A stretch of 64,000 nt of DNA from Candidatus Poribacteria bacterium (GTDB taxonomy: Bacteria > Poribacteria > WGA-4E > WGA-3G), in contig OZ253447.1 in NCBI GenBank assembly GCA_965261115.1, positions 647,625 to 711,624 on the forward strand. Direction: 5' to 3'. The notes below the pieces were generated by a model. The model was not told the DNA's origin and did not search any database. It saw only the letters and a list, made by a program, of their open reading frames with translations. Position numbers and translations under genes: made by a program. Shown here piece by piece: positions 57,829 through 64,000 of this stretch. Every line of letters begins with the position of its first letter. Position 1 is the stretch's first letter.

Positions 57829-59022
57829 ATGCTACATTCAGAATATGATGTCATTGTTGTTGGCGCGGGCCCCGGGGGTTCCATCGCTGCAAAAGTTGCC
57901 GCTGAAAATGGATTACGAGTACTCCTCTTAGAGAAACGCCAAGAAATTGGGACCCCTGTTCGCTGAGCAGAGGGTATTGGCACAGAGGCTCTGTGCGAAT
58001 TTATTCAACCGGACCCAGCATGGGTGTCCCGCGAGATGGACGGGGCGCGCTTCTTTTCACCGAATGAAACTGCTGTGACATTTCATCATCCAGAGATAGG
58101 TTATGTGCTGGAACGGAAGGTCTTTGATCGAGCAATTACAGAAATGGCAGCAACCGCTGGTGCTGAAGTGATGGTTAAAGCCCGCGTCACAAACACCACT
58201 TTCTCTGATGAGGGTACTGTGAACGGTGTCGTGTTCCGATATTCAGGACGTGAGTACACTTGTAAAACGAAGGTAGTCATTGCATCGGATGGTGTCGAAT
58301 CACAGGTCGGTCGATGGGCAGGCATTGATACAACCCATCAACTGCGTGAGGTAGGAATCTGTGCCCAATATCTGATATCAAATATTGATATCAGACCCGA
58401 GTACTTTGACTTCTACTTCGGACACCAAGTCGCACCACGCGGCTATGTCTGGGTATTTCCAAAAGGTGATGACATCGCTAATGTTGGCATCGGTATTGGT
58501 GGCGCTATTTCAGGCAAAGGTGGCAAACTCGCCATAGATTATTTGAACGAGTTTGTCAAACGAAAATTTCCAGAGGGTAAAATTTTAGGGCTGGTGTGCG
58601 GAGCCGTTCCTGTTGGGCAAAGCTTGTCTCAACTCGTCGCGGACGGCATTTTAATTGTAGGTGACGCAGCGCACCACAGCGATCCAATGTCTGGTGGCGG
58701 CATCGCTAACGCAATGTATTCAGGAAAATTCGCCGCCGAAGCCGCAGCCGACGGTATTCACAGTGGTGATGTCACTGAAAAAGCACTCTCGGCATATACA
58801 AAACGCTGGAATAGAGAATTCGGCAAGCATTTTAAAAATATCTGTCGCATCCGAGATGGTATCATCAAATTTAGTGACGAAACGCTTGATAAATATACAG
58901 AAACACTTTCTAAAATCCCCACCGAACAGATAACAATGGCGAAGATTTTCCAAACACTGCTGATGCACCAGCCCCGTTTGCTTTTTGAACTCCGCCATCT
59001 CATTCTGGCAGGATGGATTTAG
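57829..59022 (+). CDS. Geranylgeranyl-reductase-family FAD-dependent oxidoreductase with in-frame TGA (codon 46) at the conserved Cys position; candidate selenoprotein, or pseudogene/sequencing error
   Basis: ATG at 57829 with AAAGAGAG SD: [45 protein letters not shown]-[TGA 57964-57966]-AEGIGTEAL... The track ORF 58024..59022 (GTG start) is the same frame continued. Total 397 codons, typical for GGR/ChlP. Confidence 0.6.
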
Positions 59023-59226
59023 CAGGTTGTCTAAACAAGGTTACACCTCAGTTAACTCGGCTTAATCTATACCACACCGAATCCCTCTTAAATAAATACG
59101 CAGCGTCCGCGTAGCGTGTCGCCTCCCATCCAAAATTCCAGCCTTCCAATCCCCAAATTTCCACTTGACAAATTCTGGAATATATGGAATTATAATACCG
59201 TATCTATCAAAAACGTCGTATTCACA

Positions 59227-60087
59227 ATGAAAATTCCAGATTACTATCAAATCTTAGAAATCGAGCGGGATGCTACCGCTCGCGAGATACAGGGAGCATT
59301 TCGGAAACTCGCAAAACGCTACCATCCCGACAAAAATCCGGAGCAGACCGCTTTTGCGGAAAAGATGTTCCGCGAAATCTGTAATGCTTATAACACGCTC
59401 CAAGATAAAAAACAGAAATCTGATTACGATCGGACATTACAGACGATTGAACGACAGCAGAAATCGCAAGAAGCGTACTTCGACAGACTGAATAGGCTTG
59501 ACCAGAACTACGCTAAGTTAGAATTGCTGTTGCACGCACTGCTCCGTCAAAACTACGAAACCGGCGTTTCTATGTATGAGCAGTTATGCTATCACTCCGA
59601 AGAAGTAGGGGAAAAGTGGTGCATCGATGATTTCCTGAGTTACGAAGAGAGTCGAGACTGCGAATTCCTCATCGCCGAAGCATACCAGAAACTCGGATTT
59701 TCTAACGGAGACGCGTCTTCCACGCTTGAGCGACACCGAAAAATCGAACAGGCGATGCTGCTTTATGAATCCCTACTGTCCGCTGAATCAAAACGTCCCT
59801 GTTTCAAACACTTTATTCGCGAAGTTAAAGAACGTCTCAAACTCATCTACCTCTATCACTTTAGCGTTGAAGGTTACGACCAAAGGTGCCACATTCCGTT
59901 GACGAAGATCCAAGCGTTAAAACTCCCGAAACGAGAGACCGCATGGATGTACAAAAAAATCGCTGAATTTTATGTCGAGATTGATCAACTACCAGAAGCA
60001 CGCATCGTTCTGAAAATGGCGTTTGAACTGCAACCCCGTCTCACCGGTGCCAAAAAGATTTGCCAACGATTGAACATAGCATATTAA
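59227..60087 (+). CDS. J-domain (DnaJ-like) protein with helical C-terminal region
   Basis: DYYQILEIERDATAREIQGAFRKLAKRYHPDKN is a canonical J domain with HPD motif; start chosen at the J-domain Met (the track's upstream start at 59116 is possible). Confidence 0.7.
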   Translation: MKIPDYYQILEIERDATAREIQGAFRKLAKRYHPDKNPEQTAFAEKMFREICNAYNTLQDKKQKSDYDRTLQTIERQQKSQEAYFDRLNRLDQNYAKLELLLHALLRQNYETGVSMYEQLCYHSEEVGEKWCIDDFLSYEESRDCEFLIAEAYQKLGFSNGDASSTLERHRKIEQAMLLYESLLSAESKRPCFKHFIREVKERLKLIYLYHFSVEGYDQRCHIPLTKIQALKLPKRETAWMYKKIAEFYVEIDQLPEARIVLKMAFELQPRLTGAKKICQRLNIAY

Positions 60088-60171
60088 TCGTCAGTTATCA
60101 TCTGAACAAGGATCCTTATATCATATGAAAGGATTTTGTTTTTCAATTTAAGAATATTAGGGGGTTCAGCA

Positions 60172-60270
60172 ATGCAAATCAAACGCAAAGACTTTAAAAA
60201 TCCTATCAACTATTATTTGCTAATCGGTGCTTTGTTGCTCCTTAAATGGCTGTTTTTTCGTGAATGCTAA
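60172..60270 (+). CDS. Possible small hydrophobic peptide (32 aa; MQIKRKDFKNPINYYLLIGALLLLKWLFFREC)
   Basis: AGGGGG SD 7 nt upstream of the ATG; single predicted TM helix; below the ORF-track length cutoff. Confidence 0.25.
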   Translation: MQIKRKDFKNPINYYLLIGALLLLKWLFFREC

Positions 60271-60376
60271 GATTTGCTATGATTAAGAGTATCCAATCAC
60301 AGTAAATCTGGTAATCTCATCAATCACAGTTCAGACTTCTACTAATAGTTGACAACTATTCACGAGGAAAATACGA

Positions 60377-61264
60377 ATGCGAAAAGAGGTACGCTGGGAA
60401 CGGATGTTCCCTGACGAATTAGAAGCAGCATTCAATGAATGTCCCGCCGTCTATTTTACCTATGGACTCTGTGAACCACATGGCCCCCAAAATACGGTAG
60501 GACTCGACGCACTCAAAGCACACGGAATCGCTTGTCGTGCCGCACATACGCACGGCGGCATCGTCGCGCCACCCGATTACTGGCATATCCACGAACACGG
60601 CATGTATGCGAACTGGGCATATCGGAATGTCGGCGAAGTACGCAGCTGGCTGACAGCAATGCCAGCGTGGCAACATTTCAAAAACGTCTGCTATCACGTC
60701 CGTGCTGCCGATGCGCTCGGATTCCACGCTGCTATCTTCCTCACCGGACATTACGGACCCAATTGGCAAGACCTCAAGACGCTTCTATCCCTAATCCAAC
60801 CGCACTTCGCCATGCAACTCTACGGACTTCCCGATTTTGAAGCAAACACACCTGGATTCGACCATCAAGGCAACGGCGGCGACCATGCCGGCAGAGTCGA
60901 AACTTCACTCCTGTGGGCATTAGAGCCAGAGTGTGTTGACATGTCGCGGATGCCTGCAGCAGACGCAGAGGGACCGCACTTCGCGATGGGAACAAACGCT
61001 CCCGATTCCGACCGACGCATCGGCGAACGTATGGTAGACGACGAAGTTGCATGGCTCGGGAAAAAGATGCAGGAATTATTGGAGGCTTACGCACAGCAAA
61101 ACATTACTGAACGCCAACCTGTAACTTTCGAGGAAGTCGAACAGATATGGACAGAAACCGTATTCCCTGCCTTGAAAACCTTTGAGACGATGAAAAATCC
61201 AAACGAATCACCACCGGAAGATTCACAATGGTTTCGACAGTGCAAACTTCCGGAACTTTCCTAA
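60377..61264 (+). CDS. Creatininase-family amidohydrolase
   Basis: N-terminal ...YFTYGLCEPHGPQNTVGLD... (cf. family motif E-x-HG-x-HLP) and ...LTGHYGPN...; GAGGA SD. Confidence 0.55.
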   Translation: MRKEVRWERMFPDELEAAFNECPAVYFTYGLCEPHGPQNTVGLDALKAHGIACRAAHTHGGIVAPPDYWHIHEHGMYANWAYRNVGEVRSWLTAMPAWQHFKNVCYHVRAADALGFHAAIFLTGHYGPNWQDLKTLLSLIQPHFAMQLYGLPDFEANTPGFDHQGNGGDHAGRVETSLLWALEPECVDMSRMPAADAEGPHFAMGTNAPDSDRRIGERMVDDEVAWLGKKMQELLEAYAQQNITERQPVTFEEVEQIWTETVFPALKTFETMKNPNESPPEDSQWFRQCKLPELS

Positions 61265-61462
61265 GCGAGATTTTTAATTTTTAGGCACCTGGGCTGTGCT
61301 CCACTCCACTACGCGCAGGTTTTTGGTTAAGAATGAAACATTAAATCGAAATTGTAGCCTGCAACAACGGCGCAGGGTTTTTGATTGGGTGTTTCTTCAG
61401 ATATACGCAAAGGAACGTGAATGTCCTAACCACCCTGACCGAACCGCAAGGAAAATAAAAAA

Positions 61463-62224
61463 ATGGAAACGACAAATGGACAACTCCTTGAAAATTACCG
61501 AAAAGATGGATTCCTGACCGGTATCCACATTTCTGAAAGTGCCGAAGCTTTACACTTCCGTAAAGAATATGATGCGTTAGAAGCCGAAGTCGGTGCAGAG
61601 AAATGTGAAATCGGTCTCATTGATTGGCACTTTGACTACAAATTTATTTGGGACCTCGCAACCCACCCCAACATCGTTGATGTCATTGAAGCACTCATCG
61701 GACCGGATGTGATGCTGTTAGCCACGCACTTCTTCTGCAAGTATGGACCCCGTGAAAAATTCGTCGCATGGCACCAAGATGTGACCTACTGGGGACTTGA
61801 GCCACCAGATGCAGTTACCGCTTGGTATGCTATAGATGATAGCGACACAGGCAACGGCTGCATGCAGGTAATCCCCGGAAGCCATCAGCGCGGCATACAA
61901 GAGCACGGAACATCAGAACAGGAAGGCAATCTGCTAAGCATCAATCAAGAAGTTCCGGTCACCGAATCGGAAGCAGAGACCGCCGTCGATCTTGTCCTAA
62001 AGGCGGGTGAGATGTCTATCCATCACGGTCAGATAATCCATGGGAGCCTACCGAATCACTCCACGCGCAGGCGATGCGGATTAACAATCCGATACATTCC
62101 GCCAACAGTGAGGCAGGCAGAGGATAATTCGCTGAAACGTCCGTGGAAACCGATCCTGCTGCGCGGCGAAGACCGGCACGAAAATTTTACCACCGTACCC
62201 AATCCGTTCCCACACGATGGATAG
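61463..62224 (+). CDS. PhyH-family dioxygenase
   Basis: WHQDVTYW and VIPGSHQRG motifs. Confidence 0.65.
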   Translation: METTNGQLLENYRKDGFLTGIHISESAEALHFRKEYDALEAEVGAEKCEIGLIDWHFDYKFIWDLATHPNIVDVIEALIGPDVMLLATHFFCKYGPREKFVAWHQDVTYWGLEPPDAVTAWYAIDDSDTGNGCMQVIPGSHQRGIQEHGTSEQEGNLLSINQEVPVTESEAETAVDLVLKAGEMSIHHGQIIHGSLPNHSTRRRCGLTIRYIPPTVRQAEDNSLKRPWKPILLRGEDRHENFTTVPNPFPHDG

Positions 62225-62240
62225 GCGCAAGTAACAAAAA

Positions 62241-63413
62241 ATGAACGCTCATATCTACGATGCAATTGTTATTGGTGCCGGTGGAATGGGTAGCGCGACC
62301 GCATACCACCTCGCTAAATCTGGCGCAGATGTGCTTGTCTTAGAACAGTTCCAGCGCGGGCATACCCTTGGTAGCTCACACGGAGAAACCCGTATCATCC
62401 GTTTCTTCTATGATAAGCCTTTCTACACCGAACTGATGAAAACCGCCTACGCTGAATGGCGTGATCTTGAGGCTGCATCGGAGAAGTCTCTGCTTTTCAT
62501 CACAGGAAGTGTCGGTATCGGCGCGAAGGGAAACCCATACGGACGCGCCGCGCGGCAAAGCTTAGATGCCGCAGGTGTTGAATCCGAATGGTGGGATGCG
62601 ACACAGTTAGCGAAACGTTTTCCGCAATTCCGAGAAACGGACGGTATGGAGATCCTCTGGCAAAAAGATACCGGCTTTCTACGTGCCGCTGAGTGTGTCT
62701 CCACTCACTTGCAATTGGCAGAGCAACATGGCGCAACAGTCCGGGAGGAGACCCGTGTAACCAACATCGATTGGCAAGCAGATGCCCCAACTGTTCAGAC
62801 CGAAAACGGCTCGTTTCACGGCAGAAAAGTCGTTATAACCGCAGGTGCATGGACAGGAAAACTCCTCACAGAACTGAATCTTCCGCTCACAGTTACAAAA
62901 CAACAGGTGTGCTACTATCAACCCATAGACAGCAAACGTTTCCAGCCAGACCGGTTTCCAGTCTTCACAGAATCAACGCCTGATGGAGAATTCATCTATG
63001 GCATCCCCGCTTTCGGTTCTTTTAATGCGGGTGGCGGTTTAAAAATTGCACGCCACGGGAGAGGACAAATCATCTCCCCCGATACACCCCAACGCACACC
63101 GGATACCGATTACATCGCGCATATAGATGCTTACGTACAAGAACGTCTCCCAGAACTTGGAAAAGCCATGCATACCGAAGTCTGCCTCTATACTGAAACG
63201 CCAGACGAAGACTTTATTATCGACACACACCCTCACTGTTCGGATATGTTGATCGCCGCAGGTTTCTCAGGACACGGCTTTAAATTTTGTGCCCTCGTTG
63301 GACGTATCATGAGCGAACTCGCTCGAAACGGCGAAACCGATTTTGACATTCACCCATTCTGTATTGACCGAGAACACAAAATCTCAAGCGGCATCCCAAG
63401 ACTGCAGTCATAA
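62241..63413 (+). CDS. Monomeric sarcosine oxidase / N-methyl-L-tryptophan oxidase-like FAD-dependent oxidoreductase
   Basis: N-terminal DAIVIGAGGMGSATAYHLAKSG; C-terminal AGFSGHGFKFCALVG, the covalent-FAD Cys context of the MSOX/SolA family. Confidence 0.7.
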   Translation: MNAHIYDAIVIGAGGMGSATAYHLAKSGADVLVLEQFQRGHTLGSSHGETRIIRFFYDKPFYTELMKTAYAEWRDLEAASEKSLLFITGSVGIGAKGNPYGRAARQSLDAAGVESEWWDATQLAKRFPQFRETDGMEILWQKDTGFLRAAECVSTHLQLAEQHGATVREETRVTNIDWQADAPTVQTENGSFHGRKVVITAGAWTGKLLTELNLPLTVTKQQVCYYQPIDSKRFQPDRFPVFTESTPDGEFIYGIPAFGSFNAGGGLKIARHGRGQIISPDTPQRTPDTDYIAHIDAYVQERLPELGKAMHTEVCLYTETPDEDFIIDTHPHCSDMLIAAGFSGHGFKFCALVGRIMSELARNGETDFDIHPFCIDREHKISSGIPRLQS

Positions 63414-63555
63414 TAAAACAGAAAAAATACTCATCAGCGCAGTTTCCGCCCTTTTTCTTGACATTCAGAAAAATTTCGGGCATACTTAAGAGGAAACAAC
63501 GCGCGGTGTTATTTACAATTCTATCGCAATTTTTTTGGATTTCGGAGGTAAGGAA

Positions 63556-63831
63556 ATGAACCATTATAGAGAGATTATTACCATTGAACCAGATAAACGC
63601 AGCGGGCAACCTTGTATTCGAGGAATGCGGATCACCGTTTACGATATTTTTGAATATCTCGCATCCGGCATGACAGTGGCAGAAGTCCTTGATGATTTCC
63701 CAGAGCTAACTGAGACAGACATTCGTGCCTGTTTCGCGTATGCCGCGGACAAGGAAAAATCGCAGATGGTTGTTTACACAAATGAAACTTCTATTCGTCT
63801 TGCTGCCGTCCGATTAAGCCCGACGGTATGA
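63556..63831 (+). CDS. DUF433 domain protein
   Basis: KRSGQPCIRGMRITVYDIFEYLASGMTVAEVLDDFPELTETDIRACFAYAA; start at the ATG with GGAGGTAAGG SD. Confidence 0.6.
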   Translation: MNHYREIITIEPDKRSGQPCIRGMRITVYDIFEYLASGMTVAEVLDDFPELTETDIRACFAYAADKEKSQMVVYTNETSIRLAAVRLSPTV

Positions 63832-63939
63832 GTCTTCCTCCGACAGTTATACGCATAGAATCTTCACAGTTCCATCCATTAACTTGCTTAAGAAGTGAGC
63901 CCATCTATTCGGATTGAATTTGTTACAAGGAGTCAGGAT

Positions 63940-64000
63940 AATGCCAACAACCCTTAAAGCAGGCAGCGCAACCGCGAACATAACACCACCCCTCAACACA
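63940..64000 (+). CDS. Partial CDS (N-terminal 20 aa MPTTLKAGSATANITPPLNT; continues beyond window end), unknown product
   Basis: ATG preceded by GGAGTCAGGA SD. Confidence 0.3.

Noticed and set aside
58024-59022. Separate 332-aa gene with GTG start (track ORF)
   Set aside because: It is in-frame with the ATG at 57829 and the combined product matches full-length geranylgeranyl reductases; the only interruption is the single TGA at 57964. Treated as one gene with UGA recoding, or a pseudogene.
59165-59196. TTGACA ... TATAAT upstream of the J-domain gene as a promoter
   Set aside because: The spacer is 20 nt, too long for a functional sigma70 promoter; not reported as a feature.
1-64000. tRNA, rRNA or tmRNA genes
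   Set aside because: No tRNA-like T-arm (GGTTCGAATCC-type) or acceptor-stem contexts and no rRNA-like conserved stretches were seen by eye. Absence is not proven without a tRNA or Rfam scan.

Overview
This 64 kb window looks like bacterial chromosomal DNA with moderate GC, probably from an uncultured lineage. Supporting cues are a planctomycete-type PSCyt cytochrome module, T9SS-type C-terminal sorting domains, dockerin and cohesin modules, many PhyH and Gfo/Idh/MocA genes, and a double-length UvrA; any PVC- or Poribacteria-like placement is only a guess. Housekeeping genes (uvrC, trmB, glnD, trpB, era, a tandem-fused uvrA) are interleaved with accessory material. Defence-like loci include a Type III-like restriction-modification operon (37.6-44.0 kb) whose mod gene appears split at a G5 tract and is preceded by an unrecognised 346-aa ORF, and a partial PD-(D/E)xK restriction-like gene at the left edge. 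Mobile and toxin-like elements include an IsrB-type (HNH-less IscB) OMEGA nuclease gene with a candidate omega-RNA region, an IS4-like IS inserted into a hairpin repeat with a 10-bp duplication, two copies of a MITE-like element with terminal inverted repeats flanking a Gfo/Idh/MocA gene, a DUF433/DUF5615 cluster (five DUF433 genes in the window), and a Fic plus Uma2 island. Two tandem paralogous giant secreted proteins combine LRR, LamG-like, dockerin and T9SS modules, and the larger one also carries a PSCyt cytochrome module and cohesin-like domains. A catabolic-looking cluster holds PhyH dioxygenases, Gfo/Idh/MocA oxidoreductases and a sulfatase. A geranylgeranyl-reductase-like gene has an in-frame TGA at the conserved active-site Cys position (candidate selenoprotein) next to a ferredoxin gene. 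Several short repeat families recur in intergenic DNA: REP-like hairpins, a 13-mer TGCGTAAGTCCT, and the hairpin GGCACGCTCCGCGTGCC placed just after stop codons. No rRNA, tRNA or CRISPR array was recognised. Coordinates read off the raw sequence (repeats, promoters, boundaries) may be off by 1-2 nt.
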